The translations under genes and the position numbers were made by a program. Below are positions 25,428-38,494 of a stretch of DNA of 64,000 nt, in pieces (within the stretch, counting starts at the first letter, position 1; each line of letters begins with the position of its first letter). This stretch comes from Felis catus (taxonomy: Eukaryota). The stretch covers positions 48,920,001 to 48,984,000 of the forward strand of contig NC_058368.1 in NCBI RefSeq assembly GCF_018350175.1, written 5' to 3'. Under the pieces are notes generated by a model, which had not been told where the DNA came from, did not search any database, and was given only the letters and a program-made list of their open reading frames with translations.

Positions 25428-27514
25428 CTACCACTCACCTCCAGCTTATAAAAGAGTGGGGATTTAAGAGAAAGCATGAATTAGAGTGAGGGAGGGAAGA
25501 AAGAAGAAGGAAGGGAGAGGGAGAGGGGGAGGGAGAGGGAGAGAGAGAGAGAATCCACTAGAAATAGTTGTCAGGAGCTTTAAGAGAACCAGAGGTCTTG
25601 ACATACGTGCCTTGGAAGGGAACTGCTGACGCACTCCTGCTGAGAAACTATGGGTGGGGGTGCCCTGTCTGGTAGCAAAGGAAAAATGACCACTTAGGGA
25701 AAAGTTTCGCTTCTACCAAAATGTTGAATCAGGAAGAAAGAGTTTTCTTGTGGATCTCCTGACTGCTGAGGCAGCCCAGGCGCACGACCTAGAAGAACAG
25801 AGGGACTTCCCAAAGAAATGAGGGAGATGGTCACCAGATGCCCCCAGTGGGCTAAGGGAGGAGGAGCCTTAAATCAGTTGAAGGAATGATGTCACCCTCC
25901 TCAGAGAGATGACTGGGATATGCTTTCTCTTGCCTCCTAAAAATGAAACCCCACTGCGTGCTCCATTAAAGCCAGTGCAGTAGACTCTATCTAGAGGGAA
26001 CGAGTAGTATGTCACAGTGTGTCTGCACCCAAAGAGTGTGCTGTTTCCCCCAAAGACTCTCCCCTGCTTGGTTTGACACTGGCTGGTGAGGATCGGGGAG
26101 CTGGAATTAGGAGAGAGAGAGGGGTGAGATGTTCATTCCATGCTCTGCTACTAAACAGCTCCATGTCTGAGTCAGACATGAGCTGCAGAGAGAGAGAGAC
26201 TTCACTTGAAGGATGTTAAAAATTGTCCTTATTTCATTGATTTGCTTATTTTCGTATCTGATGTAAGATTTTTCCAGTGATTGAGAGGGACTTGAAAAGC
26301 TGTGGGACCTGCCTGAAATTTCTTCCAGGAAAAGAAACAAATTCAGAGAGAGGGTTTTGGGACCATCTGAGAAAGAATACAGTTGCTTCATGATTAAAAT
26401 TCTGTCCATTTAACAAGGAGATTTCACAGCAATCACACAGACATATTTGTTATAAATTGCCAAAACTCACTATAATGAAAATGTAATAATGCATCAAAAT
26501 GGGGGTTTAGACCAAGACCCACAAACCACTGCTGTCAGAAACTGAACGTAACAAAGGTGGTGAGCACTGCTTTTCTTTTTCCTTCCCTCCCCCATCACTT
26601 CCTGTTCTCCATCTCCTCATTTGTTTCAATCATTCCCAGCACTTGGGGACATTTTTAGTTTAGTTTGGTTATTTCAGATTCAGTCCCACAGTGGGGCTGT
26701 ATAGAGATAAATATATCTGTAAGCCAGAAATATCACAAACTACCAAGACGAATCATCAGATTGCCTCGTCATGTTGCTCTCAGTTGGAAAGAACTGTCTT
26801 GAAGTAGAGAGAATTATTCTTAATATGCACTTCTCTTCTAGGGACAGCAATTGATGTTAGATCTTTGGTAATGTTGTTTTGTGGCAAGGGACCTTTATCT
26901 TGTATATCACCTTCAAAGGAGAATTAAAGAAGAATGAGCACGTTGAATAAAAGTGAATGTGAAAGGTCTCCTTTCCAGTGATGTCATGTGACAAATGACA
27001 GTATGTAGATACCAGTGTGTTTTCTTACGGGTTTTGTGCATTTTAAAGTAGCATAACAAGCATTTGATTGTCAAAATACATAAACAATGAAGTGTAACAA
27101 TTATTATAGTTATAATTTCATGGGAATCTTAAGGTGTCCCTCAGACTCACTTACTTCTGTATCTATTCATCTTTTCTCACTTCAACCTTTTTCAGTCATA
27201 GGAAAAGGTGTTTATCCTTATGATCAAGGCATTCCCTCCCTCTCTGCCTTAAGATCTCTTCCATGACTTTACTCCATGAACGATTCCCTGTCTATTCTAC
27301 ACTTATTCTGTCTCTGCTGGCTTCTTCTGTTCAGCCTGTAAAACATGATTAAATTTCCTTCTGGTCCTATATTAGGACAAAAGCCTTCTTTGACCTCATA
27401 TCGCAATGTAGTTACTATCCAAACATTACTGTGTGCTCTATTATTTCCTGGCGTGGTCAAATTCAATGGAGAGTTTTCATTTTTATTGTACTTATCATAA
27501 CATTAGTTAGTAAG

Positions 27515-27940
27515 GTTGTGATAGTAATAATTAGTTAGCAGTAACAAATAACCTCTCTAAATTTCAGAACCTTAACACATCATAGCCTGAGTAACCTTTC
27601 TCATATCATAGCCTGGTGGGGGTGTTTTTAGTTAAGGATGGCTTTCTTCCATGTGATGATTCAGGGGCCATGGCTCCTTCCCTGTTGTTGCTCTGCCATC
27701 AGCCATGGCCTTGGAGTCTCTGCTTCTAGCTCTTCGAGGTAGGAAAAACAGGGTGGAGATGGCACATCTCCTTTTTAATTGCTTTGGCACCACAATCTAT
27801 TGATAAAAACTAGTAAAATGGCACTCCTAAAACTCACTTGACTCTGGAAAATAAAGTCCTGGCTAGGTGTCCAGTGACAATTTTCTTCTAAGAAAGGAGG
27901 AGCACAAATTTTCAATGAGGAGTTAGCTGTTCAGCCACAG
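27515..27940 (-). mobile_element. Old ERVL/MaLR LTR remnant
   Basis: GCAGTAACAAATAACC..AAATTTCAG..GATTCAGGGGCCA.GGCTCCTTCC..GCTCTGCCATC. Confidence 0.45.
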
Positions 27941-27949
27941 TATTATTGC

Positions 27950-29445
27950 CACTATGTATTTCTTGAAACTCTACTCTTTTCCATAGCTTATAATACTTTT
28001 TCCTGCATGTCCTTCTAACTCTGAGAATTTTTTTTACTACTTCTGTAATATCTTTTTATTCTGTCCTCTCACATTTCACAGTGTTCCAGAGCTCTCTACT
28101 GTTTCCATTCTATACTGCCCTCTCTACATAAACTCTTAAAGATTCAACTAAAATATATATAGCAACAGTTCATAAATTTGTATCTCCAGACAACCTCCTA
28201 GAACTTCAAACTACACATTAAATAACTTTTGGACACTGGAAGACTGATAGTCTCCTTGAATTTGATATGTCTGAAACTAGACTTATTTTCTTCCTTTACC
28301 CTCATCCTTAAACCGAATTCTGTTCCTCCATTAGCCAGTTAATAACATTACCATATAGAGAACCAATACAGAAACCTGAGAGTCATCCTAAAGCACTTTC
28401 CACATCCCATGATTCTCTCTCTTCCTACATTCGCTCTTCTACCCCACTAATAATCAACCTCTAAAATTAGTGATATAGCAACTGTATTGTGATGATGTCA
28501 CCTCTTTTCCAAACCTGCAACCACTACAAATTAGTACCCTCATGATGCCCATTCTAGAGCTCAGGAATATTGTTACAGAAGCTAAACTATATCCTGGCCT
28601 CCAAGTTTGTGGCTTTCAAATTTACTAGCCATACTGCTACCAGCATGGTCTATCCAAAATGAATATCAACTAAACCTACTACTCCACTCAAAATCTACCC
28701 ATGGTTCTCCATAATTTACCAGAGAGCATTTGGTTTCTTTGGTGCATCATAGAAAATTGGCAATTAGCTGGATCCTACTTTTCTTTTTATGTCAACTGTT
28801 GCTCACATCTAAAGTCCAAAAACACTGGGGCGCCTGGGTGGCGCAGTCGGTTAAGCGTCCGACTTCAGCCAGATCACGATCTCGCGGTCCGTGAGTTCGA
28901 GCCCCGCGTCGGGCTCTGGGCTGATGGCTCGGAGCCTGGAGCCTGTTTCCGATTCTGTGTCTCCCTCTCTCTCTGCCCCTCCCCCGTTCATGCTCTGTCT
29001 CTCTCTGTCCCAAAAATAAATAAACGTTGAAAAAAAGTTTAAAAAATAAAGTCCAAAAACACTAAATTAGCTGCTCAAACAATGTATGTTATTTTATTCC
29101 TCAGTAACCTTGTTTATGCTTTTATTTCCTATGTAAAAGCTTCTCTCTATTCCCCATATCCCCTTCATGACTTGGTTCAGGCACTACATCCATTTCCTTG
29201 GTTCAGGAAAGAACACCCAAGCCTTTTTAAGCAACCTGAGTTCCTCTGTGTTTCCTATGCATCCTTAAACATCATTACCATTAGCTATACCATAGTATTG
29301 TACATTTAAATTACCTATTTGTTTTTCATGTTGACGTAGGCAACACGAGTTCCTCAAGGCCATTATCATTCCTATAAGTTCAGTGCCGAGCAGAGTGCCG
29401 TCCATACAGCAGGTACACAATAAATGCTTTTTGAACTGAAATTGA
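27950..29445 (+). mobile_element. Long degraded L2, interrupted by a SINE
   Basis: AAATTTGTATCTCCAG, AGAAACCTGAGAGTCATCC, and 3' end ACAGCAGGTACACAATAAATGC..TGAA. Confidence 0.6.
28827..29046 (+). mobile_element. Young CanSINE (SINEC_Fc)
   Basis: CpG-intact GGGGCGCCTGGGTGGCGCAGTCGGTTAAGCGTCCGAC; perfect TSD TAAAGTCCAAAAACACT at 28810-28826 and 29047-29063. Confidence 0.98.
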
Positions 29446-29792
29446 ACATTTTTCCATTATATTTCTAACATTTCACCTGAAATATTTTCTTGTGTCCAAC
29501 TTTCCTACAGTTAGAAGAAAGATACCACCTCTCTAATATCCTGTTTGGCAGGGATAGACAATTTCTTATTGAACTCACCTTTTATTTTTCAAACTTCATG
29601 TAATTTTTTTGGTCTTTTAAAATCCTTTTAAAAACAAAACTGTATATGTATCTGCTTTTGTATCACAAAGAGGAATATAATAAATAACTATTTTTATTCA
29701 TATAAAATAAGCTTATTGAAACAATGGATTGAGATATCAAGTTTGTGAAATATTTTACTATTAAATTCTGAGTTTTCCACTCAGAAAAGTGT

Positions 29793-30222
29793 TGTATTAG
29801 TCTGGGTTCTCCAGAGAAACAGACCCAGAACACTGCTTATTGTAAGGAATGGCTCACACAGTTACGGAGACTGCAAAGTCCCAAGATTTGTAGTTGGCAA
29901 GCTGGAGACCCAGGAGAGCTGATGAAATACGTTCCAGTCCAAAGTCTGAGTCTGAAGACACGAAAAGACTGATATTCCAGCTCAAAGATAGTCACACAGA
30001 GAAAACACATTCTTCTCTACCCCACCATTTTGTTCTGTTCAGGCCTCCAATGGGTTAACACTGACCTCCATTGGGAAGGGCCATCTGCTTCCCTCAGTCT
30101 ACCAATTCAAATGTTAATCATATTCAGAAACACCCCTCACAGACATATCCAGAAAAATGTTTGATTATATATCTGGACATCCCATGGCCCAGTCAAGCTG
30201 ACATGTAATATTGACCATCACA
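29793..30222 (-). mobile_element. MLT2 (ERVL) solo LTR
   Basis: TGTATTAGTC.GGGTTCTCCAGAGAAACAGA..GGCCCAGTCAAG.TGACA..TTGACCATCACA. Confidence 0.88.
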
Positions 30223-30357
30223 GGGGTGCTGGGGTGGCTCAGTCTGTTGACTCAGTCTGACTGAGTCTGACTTATGATTTCAGTTCAGGTCATGATCCCA
30301 GGGTCATGGAATTGAGCCCCTCATCCAGCCCCTCACTGAGCATGGAGCCTGCTTAAG

Positions 30358-30399
<42 letters not shown>

Positions 30400-30473
30400 C
30401 CTCCCTCCCTCTCCCTCTGCCCTTCTTCCCTACTTATGTGCCCTCTTTCTCTCTCTCTTAAAAAAAAAAAAAA
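30223..30473 (+). mobile_element. Older CanSINE
   Basis: GGTGGCTCAGTC..GGTCATGATCCCAGGGTC..GGAGCCTGCTTAAGATTCTC (CT)n, A tail. Confidence 0.92.
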
Positions 30474-30799
30474 GACTGACCAATAGCATAGTATATTATG
30501 TATGAGTATAGTATAGTATACTATACTATATATATTATATTAGTATATTATGAGCATTAGTATAGTATATTATGTATATTATGAGCATTTCGTGTATCAT
30601 TAAATATTTATCAAAGCCATAATTTTATTACGTAATCTTAAATCTTATGGATGTACCATTCATCACCGTTAAATTCTTCTATTGCTGACTATGATATTGC
30701 TATAAATTTTTAGCAATATAAGTAATAATTCAATGAACATATTTATATCAATATCTTTGATGACATGTCTATCATTTTATAGAGATAAGTTAATGAGTT

Positions 30800-31290
30800 G
30801 TCTATCTGCTCATCTTTGCTGCCTTTCAGGCACTACTCTCCCACTCCGTGTGGTGCTAGTGCGGCTATGCAGGTCACCCTCCCCTAATCACCACAATGGT
30901 GGAAACCGTATCAAGCTGGCCAATCAGAATAAAACATTCTTATGGCTCAGGGATGGTTCAGAGATAAACATTGGACATGGAGCTCTCTCTGAGACTTTGT
31001 TGCTAGAACTCTCAGGGAAGACAGATGTATTATATTGGAATTACTGAATTGTGAGGATGTGATCTGGAGTTCTGGTGGCCATTTCCCTGACCTTATGGAT
31101 AGAAAGTCTTTACAGAAGAAGGTCAACACATAGGGAAGAAGGATGCAAAGAAGGCTTCCTTTAAACTGTGTTGATCCCTTATGCAGTGTTGCCTATAGCA
31201 AATTTCTTCCTGGAATTCTGCTACTTGGACTAATTAGTTCCCCTCTTATGCATAAATTATTTTGAATTGTAGATCTCTCATTTTCAACCT
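30800..31290 (+). mobile_element. Old ERVL LTR (LTR16-like) remnant
   Basis: GGCCAATCAGA..TGGTTCAG.GAT..CTCTGAGACTTT motifs. Confidence 0.45.
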
Positions 31291-31924
31291 AAGGGGACAA
31301 GTTCTTAGAAATGAGATTATTTAGACATAGGTAATAAACACTGACTAAAGAATTTTACCAGATTATTTTTCAAAAAGGTTACATTAATTCATTTTTAATT
31401 AATTCATATTTTATTCAGCAGTTCAGTAGAAATAATAGAATAAATGTAGAAAAAATAGAAATAATAACAGTAGCATTAGCAATAAATATTTAATTGAGTA
31501 CTACTATATGCCTGTCATTAAACCTAGGTTTATGTTTGGCAGGGAGTTAATTGTACACATGCTCATTGCAATGGACATTGGCAGAATGGTCCAGAATCTA
31601 AAATGTATATAATAAATCAAACAATCTATAATATACTGTGTATGCCTTTACTTTTCTTTTAAACTTTTAAAATGAAGTTGCCTGTTTAGCTATTATATGC
31701 TGAAGAAAATAAATACTGCAAAACAAACGTAACTGAATGTTTCAGTTAAGGTAATACTATTTGTTATAATACAGAAATCTTTATGGCCTAATACTGTAGC
31801 GAGCATATTTATTATTCAAAATAGAGCATTTTTGAGAATGAAAGGGGGAGCTTTTAGTAAATATACTGGATCGACAGGTGTAAGCTTGAACTTCCTGTCA
31901 TAGAAGGACATAGAGTCACTTGAA

Positions 31925-32260
31925 TTCATACAACACATGTTTATTTCTTACTTAAACAAAGAGGTGCTGGTGCAGTGGCAGAAATTTTGAGTTCTGCCCA
32001 TGCAATTATTTGTGGGTCAGGCTCGCAGAGACACTTTATTTTCAACATGTGGCTTTTAAGGGTAAACTGGGTGTTACCACCCAGGAGGATTTATGGACCT
32101 TGCCTGGAAGTGAGGCAATTGTGTTCACCCACATTCTATTGGCAAGAACTCAGTCATTTGGCCACATCTAAGTACAACGGTGGCTTCAAATTGTAGTCCA
32201 GTTAAGTACCCAGGAGGGAAAGAGAATGGTTCAGTAACAGCCAGCAGTATGTTTCCACAA
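31925..32260 (-). mobile_element. Old ERVL/MaLR LTR remnant
   Basis: GCCTGGAAGTG..CACATTCTATTGGCAAGAACTCAGTCA..GGCCACATCTAA. Confidence 0.5.
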
Positions 32261-32529
32261 CTAAAAATAGAACATTTAAAATAATATATACATAGTTATA
32301 GAAATATGTTAAAATTTTGGCCCAGGAGACATGAAACTATAGATTGATATTATATTTTACCTCCTGAACATTCTGTTATTCTAGTATTTCTAAACTACTC
32401 CTTAAAAAGACTCAATTAAAATATGTTAGACAAACTCTTTTAGATTCTACCCTTCACAGGATTCCATCATGTATTATTTTTATCAGAACCAATGTCCTAA
32501 TCTCACTTTATTTAGACAGCTTTATGTAA

Positions 32530-32760
32530 TATAAAAAACATAGATTTCAGGGTTAGAAAAACCCAAGTCACAATACTGATAACTACTTACTAAAGTCAAA
32601 GTCTTGAACAAGCTACTTAACCTTTCTGAACCTCAGTTTTCTGTTCTATAAAATGGAGGCAAATATCTATCTCACAGGGATGGATGTGAGAATTAATTAA
32701 TATATTTGATGTGCCAAGTTTAATGTCTGACCCACAGTAGATACTCAATAAATGTTGATT
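32530..32760 (+). mobile_element. MIR
   Basis: CTTGAACAAGCTACTTAACCTTTCTGAACCTCAGTTTTCT..TATAAAATGG..CTCAATAAATGTT. Confidence 0.85.
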
Positions 32761-33061
32761 CCCTTTCCTTAGAGTACTTAATGTCTGTTGTATAAACGTA
32801 ATTAATTGCTACTTAAGAAAACTGTTCCCTCACTCTAATTAATAAAGCATGTCAACTGGAAATAAGTAATTTAAAATGCTGGAGTATAGAAATTGTAGCT
32901 ACTAAAGTGTTTTCAAAAGTTACAAATAAAAAAAAAAATAATGCAACACATCCCAGTTCTCCCCATAGTACCAACTTTGCAGAGATGACAGCAAGCAAAC
33001 TTATTGTTCAAAAGATTTCAGAGATGTATGAGTGCAGAAAGGCAGTCACCAGCCTTCATGG

Positions 33062-33894
33062 TGAAGGGTAGCAGAATTTTTCACCCCAAAATATGTCACT
33101 TTGACATAAGAATTATTATTCTTTTTTCTTTTTTCTTTTTTTTTTTTTTTTTTGAGAAAGAGAGAGAATGAGAGAGAGTGAGCAAGAGAGGGTGTGAGCT
33201 GGGAAAGGGCAGACACAGGGAGAAAGAGAATCCCAAGTAGGCTCCGTGCCCAGTGCGGAGCCTTACGTGGTGCTCGATCTTAAGACCAGCTATGAGAATA
33301 TGCCTGTGAGAGCATGACCCAAGCTGACATCAAGAGTCAGATGCTTACCCCACTGAGCCACTCAGGTGCCCATGACATAAGGATTATTTTAAGCTGAAGG
33401 CAATTGAGGAGCTGATTAACAACAACAACAAGCAAATAAATACACATACAACAGAACAAAATAAAACCTCTCTGCCCTCTCCTTATTTGCCTAAAGGTAG
33501 AACGTAAATTTACAAAGGTGTCCTCCTCTCTCTACCAGGAAGGACACAAGGTAATCACCAAGACAAACCCTTATCAGCCTGGAGACTACTAACAAGGCTT
33601 TATCTACCATGAGTTTCCCAGGTATTGGCCTACCCACAATTTCCTGCTCCTAGAGAGTCGCAGTTCTTTGTCTTGTGACTTGTCTAAAAATTTATTGTTC
33701 CTTTTCTAAGGTGCTTAAATAAACCCAAGCTCTAGGCACTCTTCGAGCTACTCATCCCTGAATGTCTCTCATGTATATAAGAAATATCCTCTCGGATAAA
33801 CTCTTGTTTTTCTCTTATTTAATCTGACTTTTGTTACAGAGCCCCAGACAAGAATCTAAGAAGGGTAGAGGAAAAAAAATGTGTCTCCCCTACA
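33062..33894 (+). mobile_element. MER34-like ERV1 solo LTR with nested SINE
   Basis: TGAAGG..CCCCTACA ends, 4-bp TSD ATGG (33058-33061 and 33895-33898), CACCCCAAAATATG.CACTTTG.CATAAGGATTATTTT.AGCTGAAGGCAA motif. Confidence 0.88.
33118..33371 (-). mobile_element. CanSINE nested in the LTR
   Basis: TSD TGACATAAG(A/G)ATTATT at 33102 and 33373. Confidence 0.93.
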
Positions 33895-34432
33895 ATGGCA
33901 AGCTAAATTTAATTTTTCATGAAGAGAATTAAGAGAATTTTGTTGGAGGTTGTAATGTCTTAAAATATAGCTGAGGATAGTGAAGAATTATGTAGAAGTA
34001 GAAGATTAACTCAGAAGTAGCAGGTGCCCCACTGGAAGAGCATGCCCTCCCATGCTAGAACAATCAGTGTTTGCCATACCGTGGCTTATTCTGTAGGATG
34101 CAAAAAATGGAATATTATCCTTGTTATCTTCATGTCTAAGTAGACTCTTTGGCCATATTTTTATTTTGGGAATTTGATAACATCTACAGTCTACTTGATT
34201 TTCAAGGCTGCTTTCTACCAATGTCTCAAAAAGCAGTCGAAAACCTAACAGAATTTAAAGCCAGCCACTAAAATCGGGGAAGACTGTCACAAAGTTTATT
34301 TACTCAATTTTTTGAAAATTAGGAACATATTGGTTTTCCAAAACTTGAATGAGATGACATAGGTGCATGTCTAAGCAATTTTGAAAAATGTTAGGGGGTG
34401 TTTGAAATAGTTTGAAATGTTTGAAATAGTTA

Positions 34433-34655
34433 GGGGATGCCTGGGTGGCTCAGTCAGTTAAGCATCCGACTTCAGCTCAGGTCGCGATCTCGCAGTCTGT
34501 GAGTTTGAGCCCTGCTTCAGGCTCTATGCTGACAACTCAGAGCCCGGAGCCTGTTTCAGATTCTGTGTCTCCCTCTCTCTCTGCCCCTCCCCCAACCCAT
34601 GCTCTGTCTTTGTCTCTCAAAAATGAATCAATGTTTAAAAAAATTAAAAAAAAAG
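34433..34655 (+). mobile_element. CanSINE
   Basis: GCCTGGGTGGCTCAGTCAGTTAAGCATCCGAC head, CT tract, A tail. Confidence 0.95.
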
Positions 34656-35401
34656 AAAAATGTAATTAGTTATCACTTAAATCTTGTCTTTAAAGGAAAT
34701 TAAGAGCCCACTGCTGTGAATTTACAAGTGGTGCCAAAATATAACATCTCTGCTTAGAGGATTTAAAACAATATTAAAGGAATAATTTCATCTTAGGTTT
34801 CTTTTAGTTTCTTAACAACTTTAGGGAACAGAAGAATCTACTTGGAGCTGAAAAAGTATAGATAATCCTGTACAAGTGAATTTGGTTCAATGCCTTCTTT
34901 CTAATTATCTTCTCCACTTTCAACCACAGGCACTATTAACCTTAATATGCCCTGTTTAGCTACCACCCTCATGGCATCACTTTTTCTTGATGACCTTTAT
35001 TCCCATGTGTTTGCAAACTGAAACATTACCCAACTTCACCACATCTCATTTGTTCAGGGTTCAAGATTCAAACTCTATATTCTGATAACTGACTCTAGGC
35101 CAAAGTGTTAATAAGCAAGGATAGAAAGCTGATATTTGGTGATCTGTGCATTTTAGTGGAGACTTTTAGATGAATTTTACTCTATATTTACTTCCGAAAA
35201 CGTAATTGGCTGACATTTTAGGTTGCACAAGAGCTGATTTTAATGACACTCAAATTATACTTCTTGGTGGCTGCCTACCTTATATAACATAGGGTGGACC
35301 GTGGTTGTTATCAAGTTTGTGCTCTTTGTGGTAAGAGAAAAGATTGAACCAATTGATTAGTTAGTGGTTTCTGTCTTAGTATTTTTGGAGGGATACCTAT
35401 T

Positions 35402-35880
35402 TTTTTTCTTTTTTTTATATGAAATTTATTGTCAAATTGGTTTCCATACAACACCCAGTGCTCACCCCAACAGGGGCCCTCTCAATGCCCATCATCCACC
35501 CTCCTCTCCCTCCCACCCCACATCAACCCTCAGTTTATTCTCAGTTTTTAAGAGTCTCTGATGGTTTGCCTCCCTCCTCTCTGTAACTTTTTTTTCCCTT
35601 CCCCTCCCCCATAGTCTTCTGTTAAGTTTCTCAGGATCCACATAAGAGTGAAAACATATGGTATTTGTCTTTCTCTATATAACTAATTTCACTTAGCATA
35701 ACACTCTCCTGTTCCATCCACATTGCTACAAAAGGCCATATTTCATTCTTTCTCATTGCCACGTAGGATTCCATTGTGTATATAAACCACAATTTCTTTA
35801 TCCATTCGTCAGCTGATGGACATTTAGACTCTTTCCATCATTTAGCTATTGTTGAAAGTGCTGCTATAAACATTGGGGTA
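35402..35880 (-). mobile_element. 5'-truncated L1_Fc
   Basis: Poly(T) then ATATGAAATTTATTGTCAAATTGGTTTCC; TSD GAGGGATACCTATT at 35388-35401 and 35881-35894. Confidence 0.96.
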
Positions 35881-37851
35881 GAGGGATACCTATTAAAAGA
35901 AAGAGTGGTGTGGTGCCATGTCACCTCAGGGCTATCTAACACATTTTTAGTTCTTGTTAAATTCAAAATGATACATAAATTATAGCCAAGTTATGACTGA
36001 CCAAGGTTCAATGGTAAACTTTCATTTTCTCTATCAAGTATTTGCTGAAGGCAGATCTAGGAATTTAAATATGGCCTTCTCTGGAGATGAGCAGTTCTCA
36101 GGAACAGACTAAGAAATTTGCCTGGAGGCCTTCAAAGAGTTCACTTGAAGGTCCCTTTTCACTGGGACAGACAACTTGGCAGGAGAGATGGGCTGCAGAA
36201 ATTTTTCCAGTTTCACACTTTCCTTTCCTCAGTCTTCAGAGCTAATATAGATCTAATTTTCTCTCCTTTATCATGTCATTTTTCATACCTTCATATAGGG
36301 CATCTCTCATATTTCTGCTTAGATCAAGGGCAGAGGCAGGCAGATCAAGGTAGAATAAGCCTTAGCTAAATGTTTGTGCCAGTTTTTCAAATTTATGGCT
36401 TGTATGGAACACTCAAAGTGGTCATAAGAAGAATCATTTTTGTTTCCTACTTAAATTATTTTAATTTAGTCTAACAAACCAAGAGTCAAATGTTGTCAAA
36501 CCTGCTCTATGGTTCATAACTTCCTAAAATAAAATTGAAATTGATCTCAGGAGAAAAGACCAGAGGCACCCCAATGTTTTCAAAATGGAAGATAAAAATA
36601 AGTTTTTATTCTTATCAAGCAAAATATTCATTTTGAGAAGAGCAATGTGATACAGCCAGATTCCATGGCCAGATGGTCAGCCTTGTGTAGATAAAACAGT
36701 GGAACATCGGACTAAATTGTGTACTTTAGTGTTAGGTAGACACAACAAATACAGTAGATAGCTGATTCTCTGATAGATTCCTCATCTTTTCTAGATTCAG
36801 ATGGTGAGCCCACTTGTGAAAGTTTTAGGGATTTTACCTTACAATAACAATAAACAAAATATGATATGCTCAAAGAGTAGAATCATAAATAAAAGATTTA
36901 CAGTTCATGTCTTCAAATATCTCTATGTGTGTGTGTGCCATGGAAACTATACTCAAATTATTGAAGCCTTCATAGTATTTAAATGTGATATTTACAAAAA
37001 CCAGACCTTGGCAAATATATGATGTTATCTACATATATGATATATATTCACTTAACTAATTTTAAGAGTGGCTTAAAAATTTCTCCAAAAATTCTAGTCT
37101 AAGATCCATTTTTTTATACCACTGATTTGAGTGATAATATTATTGGATGATAGTATTATTAGGTAATATTATTACCATCCTGGTAAAATCAGTATGAGTT
37201 TTTCTATTCATTCCTGTGGGTATATGTGTGTGTGTGTGTGTGTGCATGCATGTGTGTATGTGTTTGTATGTGTGTAGTTTAAGCACTGACCAAGGGTAGC
37301 AACTGATGTACATAGCTGACAGCCTTTTTGCTTTGCCAAAATAGACCACAGGTTGTAGGGTTTTTAGAACAACCGATTTCAGACTTTCCATAATTTCCAT
37401 TGTCCTGGAGATAAACTGAAAGCTTATCATCTCTTGAGTTGATTACAAAAGAGCTTTCCTGATCTTCGTCTTTAACCGAAATGTTCTCATTCTCTTTCTT
37501 TGCAGGCCCCTAGGCTCTTGTTTTCTGAGATAAATCACTCTCTTTCCTCCCAAAGCAAAATGAAAGGGGCAATTATACCCTCGGTGATTCTTAATTGTCC
37601 CAATTAACTAAGTCAGTTTCTGGAGTCTGAGCTGAAAATGAAGCTTAGAATGTGCCTTCAATAAATGGAATTTGTTAAGTCAACTTGAGCCTTTTTTTTT
37701 TTCCCAGGAAAATTCAGCTATTTGATTATTGAACTGCAGTCACTCTACTGGTGCCCTCAATTTAGATTAGAATAAAAATAATGTGCTTTCTAAATCCTTC
37801 GTTAAATTAAAGGGAACAACAACAACAAAATTTCAATACTGAGTATCTCTT

Positions 37852-38074
37852 TTTTTTTTTTAACGTATGTTCATTTTTGAGAGAGACAGAGAGAGAGAGA
37901 CACAAAGTAAGAGTGGGGGTAGGGGCAGAGAGAGAGGGAGACACAGTATCTTAAGCAGACTCCAGGCTCTGAGCTGTCAGCACAGAGCCCAATACGGGGC
38001 TTGAACTCACAAACTGTGAGATCACGACCTGAGCCAAATTCGGACACTTAGCCGACTGAGCCACCCTGGTGCCC
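37852..38074 (-). mobile_element. CanSINE
   Basis: TSD TACTGAGTATCTCTT at 37837 and 38077. Confidence 0.95.
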
Positions 38075-38494
38075 AGTACTGAGTATCTCTTAAGCATATT
38101 TTATTTTAAACAATAAGTTTTCATTTCTTCCACCTGCTTCCCTTAAGTCAGCATTTAATTTTTTTCTTGTATCCATTCTTGTTTACCAGCAAGTATCAAT
38201 ATATCAAATAAGTTTTACTAAGAACTGATATAAAAAGCACTGTGGGTCTTAACAGAGAAATTAATGCCTGGATTATATAACCTAGATATGCCCTTAGCTT
38301 ATACATGGGAATATTGAAAAGATTCATTCATTAGTGATTCTCATAATTAGAGGAATTTAAGTTTTGAAAATGTTTGAAAAAAATGTTTTGAAAAAACTTA
38401 AAGGTTATCACTAGGGTAATTAAAATGAAACATGTTTTCTAAATCATTGGAACAGAAGGAAGGAAATACAATATCCATTTATCTAAGTCAGAAA

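Noticed and set aside
26107..26409. 100-aa minus-strand ORF with a good acceptor near 26370
   Set aside because: No convincing donor, an unrecognised peptide, and a phase that does not match exon candidate C.
28827..28910. tRNA gene (A and B boxes)
   Set aside because: This is the tRNA-derived head of a CanSINE, followed by a CT tract, A tail and TSD. The same applies to all other copies.
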